A stretch of 63,654 nt of DNA, counting the filler, from Platydemus manokwari (taxonomy: Eukaryota), in NCBI GenBank assembly GCA_037951405.1. It is 4 parts of 4 records of this genome, joined end to end, with 100 filler letters (N's around TTAATTAATTAA, not from the genome) between each part and the next. Parts side by side here need not be neighbours in the genome. Positions count along the whole stretch, not along the records: positions 35,288 to 54,658 come from JBBMOY011978044.1; positions 54,759 to 63,654 come from JBBMOY011333205.1; 2 more parts are not named here. One strand, given 5' to 3'. The position numbers and the translations under genes were made by a program. Positions 51,001-62,795 of this stretch are shown here, piece after piece. Under the pieces are notes generated by a model. That model was not told where the DNA came from and searched no databases. It saw only the letters and a program-made list of their open reading frames with translations. The first letter of the stretch is position 1. Every line of letters begins with the position of its first letter.

Positions 51001-54000
51001 CCAAGCAGGGAACTTTTAGTTAGAGTAATTTCATCGGATTTAGAAATAACTTCATCAATTTCTGTTAACGTCGTACTATTCAATCCAGATTTTCCTTTAT
51101 TTGTTGAGTTTTGAATGCTGTTATCAATATTTATTTTATCAACTTCAGACAATTGCTGATCTGTAGTGAATTTCTCAATTAATTTCTGATCAGAAACAGT
51201 TTGTGATTCAAAATGGGTTTTATTTTCAATGATTACGTTAGAGTCCGTACTTATTTCTTTGATATCTTCATTTTTAATAGGTTTATTCACATAAGATTGT
51301 AATTCCTCATTACTATATGTCATCTCAGATTTATTAGCATTCTTTTCTTCTAGTTCTTTAATTTTGTCCTGTGATTGTTGAGTTTTAATCAATTCTCGAT
51401 TGGATTCTAAACTTTTCTCGAGACTATTTTTGTCCATGGATTTTTCTGATTTTTTATCTTGAACCACTTGAGTACTTTCTGATATTATTTTGTTATTAAC
51501 TTTTGATTTATTACTAGAATGGCTTGTTATTGTTGCTAGGTGATTATCCGAGTAAGTGTGCTCAGTTTCTTTTGATAGGGATAATTGGTTTGATTGTGGT
51601 TTCTCCTTATCAGTTGTGGAATACGATATTTTTTTGTCCGAAGAATTCCTTTTTAATTTTTCTGATTGCATTCCAATAAAATCTTCTTTATAATTATTAA
51701 GCTCTTCGTTTGGAGAAATTTTTAATTCACTTGATTGAGTTGATGTATTCTTCGTAGTGATCAAGTTATGCATATCATTTCTATTATCTCTAGAGGCCTC
51801 GTCAACTGAAGTAAGGCTTTTGACAATATTATCGTTACTATCATAGTTGGATGCTTCTTCAACTGATACAGACTGATTAACAATATAATCCGGTATATCA
51901 TTTTTGTCATAATTGGATCCTTTTTCAACTGATACAGTCTTATTGACAATAAAATCAGCTATGTCATTTTTGTCATAATTTGATCCTTCTTCAACTGATA
52001 CAGGCTCATTAACAATATAATCCGGTATATCATTTTTGTCGTAACTGGATCCTTTTTCAACTGATACAGTCTTCTTTACAATATTATCAGGTATATCATT
52101 TTTGTCGTAACTGGATCCCTTTTCAACTGATACAGTCTTCTTGACAATATCATCAGCTATGTCATTTTTATCGTAATTTGATCCTTCCTCAACTGATACA
52201 GGCTTCTTGACAATAAAATCAGCTATGTCATTTTTGTCGTAATTTGATCCTTCTTCAACTGATACAGGCTCATTAACACTATAATCCGGTATATCATTTT
52301 TATCATAACTGGATCCTTCTTCAACTGATACGGGCTCTTTGACATTATAATCAGGTATACTATTTTTGTCATAACTGGATCCTTCTTCAACTGATACCGG
52401 CTTCGCATCAATATCATAAAATAATTTATCATTTTCAACAAAACGTGCGTGTTTTACTTTATTATTAAATTTTTCAGGAACAATTTTAGAAATGGATGAT
52501 TTATTTTGCTGTTCAGAAATGTCGGGTATTTGTGTGTTGCTTTCCGAAATCGACAGTGAACTTTGTGAGTGTTTGGAAAGTAGTCCAGTAGCGGATACTA
52601 AATTCATTGCTTTCAAGTTATCATCTTCGATTAACGATAAGTTGTTGGAAACTAATTTAGATAATAACGGTGATGATGCACTGTTTTGATTTAATATCTT
52701 TTGTTCATTGACGGCATCGATTTTTTGAGTCTTTTTCGGTGGAGTCAAACCAATTTTATCTAACTGTTTCGAGTCTTGACTTATAAAGTAATGGTTCATA
52801 ATTTCTTCTTTATCGGCATCAGTTAATGAGTTAAACAAAGTCGTCAGTTGAAAATGTTTTGGAAAATCATTCAAAGTTGATGTTGGAAGTTGACTAGGAA
52901 CTTCGGTGTTTGTATCGTTTGATTTAGAAGTTATGGAAAAGGGTTTTTTGTTAATTTTTGATGACGACAAGCGTTCAGTGGGAGAATAACGGGATTCGGT
53001 TACTTGTTTCAGAGAATATAGTTTGGATAAATTAGGATTATCTTGGTCTTCTATGTTTTCATTCAATTCCTCAAATTCATTACTTTCTATTTGCTCATTT
53101 TCTGTTTCATCTCGAATATTCAAATGCTCTTTTTGTTTGATTTCAATAATATATACAAATATAGGAGATCTGTTCAAGTTTCTGTTGATACATTGCAGAT
53201 TATTTTGACAACAAGGATTCATACATAAGCGGTTTCTGTCAACGCAATTCATCAGTACCGAACTCGAATCGCTTTCAAGATCACTTTGATACCTTCTTAT
53301 AGTGATGGTAGTGACAGTCGATCCGTCGACTGAGCTGTTAATTACAGGCCGTTGTGCCACTTTGTATAAAGAGACTTTGGAATCATGAATTGATTTTATA
53401 CTTTTAGTATCACTTGTATCAATTGGTCTCGAAATCACCTTAATTATTGGTATCCCATCCTTCAATTTTTCTAAATATTTTTTAAAATTACTCTTTTTAT
53501 CATTATTTTTACAGGCATTAGTATATTCTACTAATTGTCGACTAACTGTTTCCATTGTTTTGCACAATTTTTTGATGTTCTCGCAAAGAGCATATTTCGA
53601 ATTGGAATCGTTGCTTTCCTCTTCATCAGATGAACATGAATCATTATCTAATATTTCCAAATTCGAATTCAATTTTGATAATCCTGGTAGTGATTCCAAA
53701 TCTGTTAATTTTAAATCAATATTAAGATTAGAATTCTCATTTCGATTCAGATTTAAATTGGTTGATTTGTTCATGTCTATCTCCGAACGAGCTAAATCTG
53801 ATGTTTGCATTATGTTTATTATAGGTGGGTTTAGTGATGAGGTGAAGTTGTTATTATATTTATCCGATAAATTCATTTGAATAATATTAGCAACTTCTGG
53901 ACAGCATTTGTTTTGTGAGAATAAATTGTCTTTTTTTCTTGATAAAGTTTTACAGAATTTATGCTGTAATGAATGCACTTTGAGATATTGACTAGATGGA

Positions 54001-54167
54001 TCGGTCATTGATGCAAATGGATTGTAATCTAATGAGAGAGCCGGTTTGTTGTGGTGTTCATAACACTTGATTCGATGAAACGTTGGGATTTTTTTCTTGA
54101 AGATTCTCTGTAGAAAATTTTCTTCCAATATTTTGGGATGCTTTAAATGCGTTTTAGACTTTTTCAT
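48003..54167 (-). CDS. Giant intronless low-complexity protein (2054 aa), unknown function, with a 22-aa tandem repeat
   Basis: 6.2 kb ATG-to-stop open frame. Acidic middle region, basic K/P/S-rich C-terminal region; no domain I recognise. Confidence 0.85.
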   Translation of the reverse strand: MKKSKTHLKHPKILEENFLQRIFKKKIPTFHRIKCYEHHNKPALSLDYNPFASMTDPSSQYLKVHSLQHKFCKTLSRKKDNLFSQNKCCPEVANIIQMNLSDKYNNNFTSSLNPPIINIMQTSDLARSEIDMNKSTNLNLNRNENSNLNIDLKLTDLESLPGLSKLNSNLEILDNDSCSSDEEESNDSNSKYALCENIKKLCKTMETVSRQLVEYTNACKNNDKKSNFKKYLEKLKDGIPIIKVISRPIDTSDTKSIKSIHDSKVSLYKVAQRPVINSSVDGSTVTTITIRRYQSDLESDSSSVLMNCVDRNRLCMNPCCQNNLQCINRNLNRSPIFVYIIEIKQKEHLNIRDETENEQIESNEFEELNENIEDQDNPNLSKLYSLKQVTESRYSPTERLSSSKINKKPFSITSKSNDTNTEVPSQLPTSTLNDFPKHFQLTTLFNSLTDADKEEIMNHYFISQDSKQLDKIGLTPPKKTQKIDAVNEQKILNQNSASSPLLSKLVSNNLSLIEDDNLKAMNLVSATGLLSKHSQSSLSISESNTQIPDISEQQNKSSISKIVPEKFNNKVKHARFVENDKLFYDIDAKPVSVEEGSSYDKNSIPDYNVKEPVSVEEGSSYDKNDIPDYSVNEPVSVEEGSNYDKNDIADFIVKKPVSVEEGSNYDKNDIADDIVKKTVSVEKGSSYDKNDIPDNIVKKTVSVEKGSSYDKNDIPDYIVNEPVSVEEGSNYDKNDIADFIVNKTVSVEKGSNYDKNDIPDYIVNQSVSVEEASNYDSNDNIVKSLTSVDEASRDNRNDMHNLITTKNTSTQSSELKISPNEELNNYKEDFIGMQSEKLKRNSSDKKISYSTTDKEKPQSNQLSLSKETEHTYSDNHLATITSHSSNKSKVNNKIISESTQVVQDKKSEKSMDKNSLEKSLESNRELIKTQQSQDKIKELEEKNANKSEMTYSNEELQSYVNKPIKNEDIKEISTDSNVIIENKTHFESQTVSDQKLIEKFTTDQQLSEVDKINIDNSIQNSTNKGKSGLNSTTLTEIDEVISKSDEITLTKSSLLGPSKGKTNSLSGSLTSKNKKITDQKPSTSFMSSKQSKESSIQLKKEFPKESNLVKKSVEKSSHSEVHLPTQKSRDSVKTLSRKNRTSLNGNSQSSVKKDVQIETEPIIILEKSSSIPVLQVNGSGPIYEQKTDPLNDKISFTENKDYLPNTTERHSQTSDIPEFNFIEECLRLYFNFDDEPIDERKSVPKLDKMSSDQAIQFPFFDDAANKELKDQIELDKSKITKSIIESEIIRDSKTLQALPLHLIQDDLHNSLKEDGKELDESVGIIKSVDEGDLKPFEEISIQTQRESQIPEISESRLVDNSTNKVIELKEDSIIIQTKESNKETLISDKEKLIDDEDNGKVNTDSEKRLQYHAGQSIRKSISNEPESIKSISLGKNLATDIEDQIIQKESLIEPSPIDEKLLPEETEKVSEEHYENNDEINVTPKENMESEIETSPLIKISQILIPTKKDENQESQHIESIKEKFIDEDKIQQFKDDRDQEITDLIDGKEMVESKDEKDISKDSKSFEKIQKSIKENLDEKQKPQLVVKSLMGNASPLQGKTGTEFYDKANENWNLINQTVTKDLLYLKEILNDEPVVDEVKPEIMETKSKELPDTKVLPSNLITSSAEPNNLKDTSLENIINSEAEKEIMLSKTKENKTAEKPLSQNKLNLKIQPNINPTVDNNLIKAKSEKTNIKSNDYSKTKILIPKSLTPAKSLTGKIIKSFSDNTVKKKRSKAVTPISENKIIPKLTRLYSAPLNEKHRPNYKISERRNRESLPRSLVPKNKIEEKNIFNKQIPPVKHNIKILPNVVNSDIVVRKAAQVSTTPEETKTDYFSETKAQEVINDESGKQQQLRSYSNITVKHDIMKNNIPVSRKEISVKTSRIFTRPANIGSNITPNKVAEALSNSTIKTMSSKIEGSSLKSEISVNASLQNPIAGTSNISIQISKSQSINDNVVKTVKVNYSKSRTIMKKQPTYCLQQADENTFVEECDQETRELNTFIDYQKMKHMKKN
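51775..52400 (-). repeat. Coding 66-bp tandem repeat, 8 full and ~2 degenerate units
   Basis: Unit peptide [PT]VSVE[EK]GS[SN]YDKNDI[PA]DxIVxx; tcaactgatac recurs every 66 nt. Confidence 0.95.
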
Positions 54168-54658
54168 AATTATAATTTTGTTTGGAATTTTATATAATCA
54201 TTTATAATTCAATAAAATTGAGAAAAATATTGACTTCATTTATCATTATATCTAGGTTGTTGTTTTTATTCTGAATGTCGTTTTATGTTTATTTTTTCCA
54301 GTCATATGATATATTTAGGTTCGAAAAGTTAACGATTAGCTATTTTATAATATTTTGAAAATTACCCAATAATTATAATTAGCCTTTTGGATTTTTCCGC
54401 AAATATTCTATTAACATTCTACTAAAATTATTCTTATCGCTTTGATGCAGTAATTTTTTATCTTTAATCATAAAACTAATCATAAATTTTAAGATTATTT
54501 AACGAATATGTTTGTGTTTCTGTATATAACTGTTTAGTTATCATTTAAATACGAGAACTTAAAATAAAATTATGTAAATTCAGTAAATTTATTTTTCTCA
54601 CACCTAATGACATAACAAATTAAATTTAACAAAAAACTTCTATCGGCTTATTTTTCTT

Positions 54659-54758
54659 NNNNNNNNNNNNNNNNNNNNNNNNNNNNNNNNNNNNNNNNNN
54701 NNTTAATTAATTAANNNNNNNNNNNNNNNNNNNNNNNNNNNNNNNNNNNNNNNNNNNN
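54659..54758. other. Assembly gap linker
   Basis: N44-TTAATTAATTAA-N44. Confidence 0.97.
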
Positions 54759-57511
54759 GTTCAGCGTTATAACAATTTGTGTTAATAAAATACCTGCATA
54801 AAAACATGAATAACTTTTGACTCAACCTGGTAATTAACCGTGTTTAAAAAATGACTTATTTATTTGTTGTGTCTGTTCATCTATATTATGTATTTCTGAA
54901 AGGAAAATTAAATATGTTCGGTTTTTAAGTGAAATCTTAAGAATTTGTTTCATATGCTGAAATTTTATGTTTTGACAACTTGATGAAGATATTGAAAAGC
55001 AAGTAATTTTATTATATAAATTTATAAAGCATAAAGATGTAAAATTATCACTTTATAAAGTAAAGCATATTGATATAAAAGTACAGGTTAAATGATTAAA
55101 AGATCTATTGATAATTAAAAATGTTTTTGATAGAAGCTGGGGTTTATTTTATTTATATAGGTACGACAGTGAAATAATTAGAACTGTTATCAAATATGAA
55201 TTAATACGGATGAGTTCTCGTTTTCGATTTCTGGATTGCATCTACCTTCTTTATATCGTCTTCCATCTCTTCTATATGTTCACGTCATAGATCTTCTCAT
55301 ATTTGAATTCAAATCCATGATAGCCATGTAAACCGAAAGAGAAAAATAACCAAAATAATTTTTTCTAAATCTCACATTATGTAATAATCGATTATGTGTA
55401 CATCATAACTTACAATAAATAGGACAGAAGATAAATTAAAATTTATTGATTCTAAATATAAAGTCGTACTACTCTTGTTGATATTGTTTTAAGAGTTGTT
55501 AATGTAATCAATTGAATTAAAAAACAAAAATGTTTAAAATAAATATTCTATTTTCAATTAGAAATTTAAAATTTGTCAAATATATCTATTATTTATGTAG
55601 GAATAAGCAAATGTCTAAAAATTGTTAATATTAATAAAATTAAATTTAAAATGCGATAAAAATGAACTATTGTTTAAATAAAAACTAATTGTTGGTAAAC
55701 AAAGATATTAATTTCTTAAAAATGGAATTTTCATCTATGTTTAACTACGTAGTTGAACACCAGTAGTTGTTCTTACCTAATTTAAACTATTGAAGAATAA
55801 ATTTAAAATGTAGATCTTTTGTTTTTTATACTTTATAGCAAGTAGTAGCATTTGTTTTTCAATTGCATTGTTAGATTATTTCCAGTTAATAAACATATTA
55901 ACAAAGTAGAGGTATTGTATAAACGGTAGTCTGGTAAAAGGAGCTTCTATACAGACTGATGTAGGAAAAAGTCATTATTTTTTATAACGGTATCGATAAT
56001 TATATGGGGTCCACTTTGTGTTGAAGAAATCGTTGTAAATTTTTGAAGAAATACGTGTTATTCAGATATTTTATTTCGATAAATGAACATTGAAATATGT
56101 AAGGAGTCAAATAAAAGATGAAAATAAAAACCGCTGAGTTCGAATAGTATTAAACTCCATGAAAATAACAAATGTTTCCTTTTTCAATTTAATTTACAAG
56201 TTCGACTATTTTTCTACTGTTAACAATAGGATTTAGATATATCTTAAAGATCAATAAATTATGCTCAAACAAGTAAAGATATTGGTCTGCTCTGACAATC
56301 AATTTTTGCTTTACTCATTAAATGAATAGCATTAGTAGGCTAAATATATAACCTAAAATTGGTGGTTTATTCAACATTGTTGCTATGCATTGGATTAAAT
56401 GTGTTTGTTGATCGATTGTCATTACTTTTTATAGCGGCTATTTCGTCTGTGTGCTTCGATTTTATTTGTTATTTTATTCTTTATCTTTTTACTTGATATT
56501 CTCATTTAATTTATATTTGTAGAATTGAAATTTAATTAATCATTTTACATTTATTAATGATTATGTTAATTTATATTCAGTTACTTCTTGGCTTTGCGCA
56601 AATCAATAAAATAGTGATAATAATTTCATAAATGAATACAAAATATATTTACATTTATATGCCATTGTACCTTCCAAATATGATTTGGAAATATGATTAT
56701 AATGATGTTTGAAGAGTGGAAATGAGTTGTTGACTCTTATCGATGTGAGGATTTTAATAAAATGATGTGGAAAAATTAGACTGAAAGAAAATAAGTAATA
56801 TTTGTGAAAACGAAAGAAATCTGAAAATTTCAAAAGCGATAATAAGATTAAATGGCAAATATTAATGCAATATGAAGTGCAAATTAATTAGTTTGTGCTT
56901 CATACCAGTAACAATAATCAGTGAATAAAATGTGGTTACTAGCAACTATATTTTTAAGGAAGCAAAAAGAATAAAATGAAAAGGAACATAAATAATCTAA
57001 CAAATAAAGGTTCCCGTCACTTTGTAAACAGATGACGACCTAATTCGTAAATTATGAAGTTAACCTGAGACCAAAATTAACTAACAGAAATTAAATGGTA
57101 TATGATAATAAATTAAATTAAATATGCTTATAATTGACAGTAGCAAGTCAGTCGCTAAATTTGATTCTGATTGAATAATCAATCAGGTCTCGATTTTTAT
57201 AGTTTTTTCCTTTTTAAGAAAACATTAAAGTAAAAGTTCGAAAATAAAATAAAATTACTGTTTATGTACGCAGTTATCGAAGAATTGGTTCATGGCCATT
57301 TTCACTCATCGAATACAATGTCTTTTCTGTGCCTAATTTCTTACTACCTGCAAAAGATCCCATGTGTCGAAGTTTTTCTCGTGTTATCATACTGTTTAAG
57401 TACACTGGTTTAATGGTTTTTTTTAAAGAAAATGATTACTTTTGTTTACTTGCAAATGGAGGGTGGATATACTTGAATTTATTCTTTTTCTATTTCGTTT
57501 CATGTAGTTTT

Positions 57512-57512
57512 A

Positions 57513-57546
<34 letters not shown>

Positions 57547-57565
57547 ATTATTATTATTATTATCA
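57512..57565. repeat. (TAT)n microsatellite
   Basis: Directly visible; it produces the poly-Leu of ORF 57329-57586. Confidence 0.9.
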
Positions 57566-58049
57566 TTAATATGTCAATCTCTCTAGCCTGACTTCCTTTT
57601 ATCAAATAAATAACATAAAACATTATCACAGTAGCACATTTCTCATAAAATAAATAATAAAACGATAATGATAACGCCATATAAAGCGGTTTAACAGATA
57701 TTTTTAAGGTTTAAAATAAATAAAAAATGAAAACAAATAAATGATATTGGATAATATTCAACGTCACAGACTCATTTTTGTTATAATTTTAATTGGCGGT
57801 GAATTAAATTGGAAGACTGAATGATTGTTGGGTTGTTGGTTGGATGTGTCTTGTTTGAAGGAGATTGATTGATTAGTAGAAATATAGATTTTTATAGTGA
57901 CATTTTTGATAGAATTCTTGATTGATCTAAGCAATATTTGGCATTTGATTGATTGATAGAAGACAAATAGAAATGTATATTAAAAAGGATATTGATTGAT
58001 GAGTATATTTATACTTAATGTTTGCGTTCCTTCACTTATATTTTACACA

Positions 58050-59400
58050 TTTAAATGATGATTTCCATCGCGACGAACTCCCTTATAAACTTTAATTTTT
58101 CATTAGTAATATTTTTATATTACCAACTGACTGATGAGTCTTGGATCATTTAGTATTGTCTTTGGTTTCTTTGCATAATCTTAAATTTTATTCAGTTTTC
58201 GTGATGGCATCTCGGTATTTTGTAAATTGGCTTTGTAAATATCCTTTTGTATCTCCGTTAGTATTTTACATTTAATTACTGTTGGTTTGTAGCCTATAAC
58301 ACATAGGATTACTCTGTAAAAAATTGCTACTGGTGATAGTTTTTTTACTCTTATTTCAGGTGTCTTTTTTGGTTTCTCATCAAGATTAGATAATCTTAGA
58401 GATATTCTTTCAATCTTTATTAGTATCACTTATTCCTTTAGATGGAATTCTGCCGCTTTCATTCATATTGTGCCAGCATTTCGTTAAAAACGAATCGACT
58501 CTTACTCCGATAAAAGCCTGTTTCGTAAATCTATTTGGACAAAATACAGAATTTTCACTATTTCTGCAATTATAGGGATGGGTAAAAAATTTCGGACATC
58601 ATTGTGTGACCCCGCTTTTCATTTCAACTGGAGTTACTTCATAATCTCCGTACTTGAATGTTATCCAGCAATTTTTGTATAAGCATTTGATTAGCTGTAA
58701 TGATTGTTCTTCTATGCCCATATGTTCTAGGATGGCGAACTTAAATTTTGTGCTTATGGAAAAGGCCTTCTCGATGTTCATCTCTTCCTTTTTATAGTGT
58801 TCTTCCAGTAGGACTGGCGGTAAGAAGTAATGTTACGCACATCCATCTGTGGTCCTATACTTTTCTGAAGAGGTTGTATTAGATAGTTTGTGTCAACTCA
58901 CTCAGGCTATTGCTGGAATAGAATAGTTGTGACGAGTTTTTAGCATAGTCTATATATAGCATAATGCCTCCATGACCAAATTTTATCATAGTGCCCTTCC
59001 TTCATCCGTTTGGGAATCGTTATTGTGGAATATGTCCGCCATTCCTCAGGAATTTCCGTATTTTGCATGCATTTTTTAAACAAGACATATAATAGTTCTG
59101 CATTAGGGTCATCGTAAAGTAATTCCCGATAGCCAATGTTATTTCATCCTGGAACTTCATTTAGGATTGCAAGTAGTTGTGGTTCTTTTTTGTTCTTTTA
59201 TGATATTCTAGTAATGCCGCGTTTGCTTTTTCTTTTATTTTTGCTGCGCTAGTTTTAACCAGGGTGGTATTGTTACAAGTATTATGGATGTATAGTAATA
59301 CCAAAGGTCCGCTATCGCCGAAGTTTGATTGGAGGTTTCTCTCTCCATTCATTGTCTCTAGTTTATCCTTTAGCCAGAAATCATAATCCCAAGAAAAATT
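58050..59400 (-). mobile_element. Decayed non-LTR retrotransposon RT (R2/NeSL-like)
   Basis: PLQKSIGPTDGCA*H (QxGF...GC.EH), NIEKAFS (D..KAFD), LIKCLY, MKSGVTQ*CP (GV.QG.P). Confidence 0.7.
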
Positions 59401-62132
59401 AATAACCATTTATACTACAAATTCTGTTTGAAAATTTTTTTGTTTCGATAAATTTAATTTCTTTCTAATAAATATCAATTACTTGTTCAAATATAAATTA
59501 AGGTTTGAATCTTCTATTTCAAATCAAGACTCCTGTGATGATATCATTAAGTGCAGTATTCTCATCAAATAATGCAGTATCACCACGGGAATAGATTTGT
59601 ATGTTTACTTTTAAGATTAGATTAATTATATATATAAATTATTTAATAAAATTATAACACGTAAAATACACAAGCCATAAATATAACATATATCTTTCAC
59701 CGTTCAAGACCTATCCTGATTTACTTAAACATGGCATACCCAAATAAACCTTGAAATGTAATGTTCTTGCATCTCAAAATGGAAGCAGTGAGTTGTAAAC
59801 AATATTAAACTCAATTTAATTTCGACAATTAATTTTATACAGTTTTGAACCAGTTATTTATTGGGTTTAAATTAAATGTGTTTTGGAAAATAATTTAATA
59901 CATTTTCAGATCAAGCATCCTGAATGTACTGCTCAATAATATGATATTTTATTTTAATTCTTATTTTAATAATGGTATATGTTGTATAATTTGTAATAGA
60001 GATAATGAATGTGACAGTTCAATAAGATTAACGAAATAGAAAAAATAAATTCGGGTAAGTAAAATGAGGTTATGCAAACAAATTCAACATTTTCAATTTT
60101 ATACTGAAAGAAATTGTTAAATTTTTCTGAAATTTTAAGAAACTGATAAAATAATTTTCGAGTCCCAAACAATCAAATAAGGTTAAATAAATAAATGAAA
60201 ATAATCGAAATCATAAAAAATGATCAACATTGAATGTAAAGATAATCGTCACTTTGATTGCTGAACATAAAATTTGAGTTAAAATTGTTAGTATATCGAC
60301 AAAGTAAAGTTTTGTAAATGAAAACTCTTCAGTTTTGTTTTACTTGAACGTAAATATTCAAAGGATGGATTTATTGCCTTGACTCAGTAAAATATTAGAT
60401 TCACTATATCGCCACAAAATCGTCCAACAACATTTGTAATCATCAGTTTTGTTCTCATATGAAATAAGATTAAAATAAGCGAAAAATGTACCATGAAATT
60501 TACAGTGGCATTATGGAGCGCATTAATATTTCCAGAAATAATAATGTTGCAGAAGGAAATAACTATCAGTGGAACGTTCTTATACTTGTGGCCATTTAAA
60601 TATTCTGAGAATCTCAAAGAAACGATTGATGAGAACAGATTTAATTTGAATCAACGGAGTCAACCCATAAGAATGGGATATTTTACCCCTTCCCACTTTT
60701 ACACAAAGAGTAAAAATTATATTTTGCGAAGATAATTACGAGTTAGAAATTGAAACAAATTATTTTCTATAAAAATATTATTTAAGATTTTGTTTTATAA
60801 AATAATATTGTATAGATATATTTCATGCAATAAAGTTCCATAATACGAGAGTAGTTTTACAATAATGGATATAATTAAATAGTTTTGGCTTATAATAATC
60901 TATGACAGTAAGAATCTATTCGTGAGGATTCATCGTAATTTTCAATCAATTAGGGTATTTAAAAAGAGATTTGACTTTTAGAAACATACGATATCGATAA
61001 TCAAATAAATCTGCATAAATCCATATTTTATAACAAAAAACGATAAAAAATATTGTGATATCTAACTATGGTCGGTGTAATCCGATAGATATTTTATAAA
61101 ACACGCATCAAAAACGAATTGAAAAGTCACGACATCAAATTATGTATTTAAATATAAATTAATATAATTTTTGTATAAAATAAAATATTCAAAAATTTCA
61201 TTCAATCTTATAATTCTATTACATCGCCATTTCTTTAAAATCCTTGATATATATATATATATTCTATATAGTCTCAACATCTTCCTCCTTCTTTTCTATA
61301 TTTCAGTCATTGATCTTCTCAGAATCGAAAACGAACTGAAAAGTATTTAAATACTATCATCTAAATCAATTAATATAATTTTTATATAAGATTAAAACCT
61401 ATACAAAAATTTAATTCAATTTTATAATTCTTACAATCGACATTTTAATTTTTCAATTAAATAACCTGTCACAGCGTCCGTGATATTTAATAAATAAAAT
61501 TTCACCACATGGTAAAATTTTAAAAAAGAAAAGACATTCTCCTCAAAGCTCATCTAACAAATAAACAATAAATTTTTTATCTATATTTTGTCGTCTCATT
61601 TCATTTGCCATTATTTCCAAATAATATCTCATTGCGTTAATTATCGATAATTACAATTTATTAAATTTCCATTTAAAAAAAACTTGAGAAAATATATTTT
61701 ATTCATTCAGCAGATAAAATAATTATAATGTTTAAAATGTAACACAATACTAGTTATAAAAATAAGAAAATTAAGTATAGCATTCTAAACTTCATTATTG
61801 CTAATATTCGGTACAATGCATAGAGAAAGTTAAGCATTAAAAATATAAAAATTATTTACATCAATATAGATATCGACGAATGTTTTGCAGCTGATCAATA
61901 ACGATGAATTTCAAAGATCAATATTAAAATATTACTATATAAGCATCGGAAGTGAATTAAAAAGCAAAAAATAGAGTAGCGCATAACAATTAACGTAAAT
62001 TTGAATTTCAGAATCGTTTATAATAAATATATAAATAGAATCAAGTTAATTTTCTGTGAGTTATCAGGATTTAAATATGAGCTGTATTTATATATATATG
62101 TGTGTACATATATATCCGAGATAATATGAAAA

Positions 62133-62204
62133 TTATCTGGCCAATGCATAAGTTGAATAACTTGGCGGCAACCTCGACGATTGAAAAGCTTCAACAACCA
62201 TCAT
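62133..62204 (-). CDS. ATP2B: PMCA alternative terminal exon (a-like)
   Basis: Strong acceptor gtttattttacag, then phase-0 MMVVEAFQSSRLPPSYSTYALAR*, similar to the vertebrate PMCA a-variant start MDVVNAFQS. Confidence 0.7.
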   Translation of the reverse strand: MMVVEAFQSSRLPPSYSTYALAR

Positions 62205-62795
62205 CTGTAAAATAAACATTTTAATACAAATCAATTATCCATCAAGTAATTGATTGAAAAATAAAGTGCATAAAACAATAACACAGACATCAATAACATA
62301 TTTTTATATACAACCCATTTTGAGAGTGCAAAACATTCATGCATCTAGACGGGTGAGACAAATTCTTAGCAAAAAATCAAACATAAAAACTAGTGAAAAT
62401 GTCGATGATTAAACTTAGAAAAGGAATTTTCATGAATTTGAAAACAAATCGGGTACAGAATGAGAAATAAAATTCTTTGTAGTTCTGCATGAAAATGATT
62501 GTAAAAATATTTCTGATAAAATAAGTTAGCAGTTGTGTTACACCCATTTTTGGAGACCAATCTAAACTAGAGCATATCACAGGTGCACACTAACCTTTAA
62601 GGATAACGAAATATTGAACTATGGCACGCAATTGGTAATCACAGACAGATATTGTTTACAAGAGAAAAGTGAATATTTTGGGCATAATAATCGATAAAAT
62701 GAAAAATGTATAAAAAATATCATATAAAACATGAGTAATGTGAAATTTTTAAAAAAAATCCAAGAAAATGTAAACCAAGTCGTGATCATTGAAAG

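Noticed and set aside
51775-52400. 66-bp periodic array as a CRISPR-like locus
   Set aside because: Whole units repeat with no unique spacers, the array is in frame within a eukaryotic ORF, and no cas genes are present.
36758-53880. Short ORFs overlapping the giant ORFs (antisense or other frames)
   Set aside because: Expected shadows of long coding sequence and of the 66-bp repeat; no independent motifs.
18690-54758. Recurrent palindrome TTAATTAATTAA as a biological motif
   Set aside because: Always centred in an identical N padding; it is a six-frame-stop assembly linker.
57329-57586. Poly-Leu membrane protein ORF
   Set aside because: Produced by the (TAT)n microsatellite.
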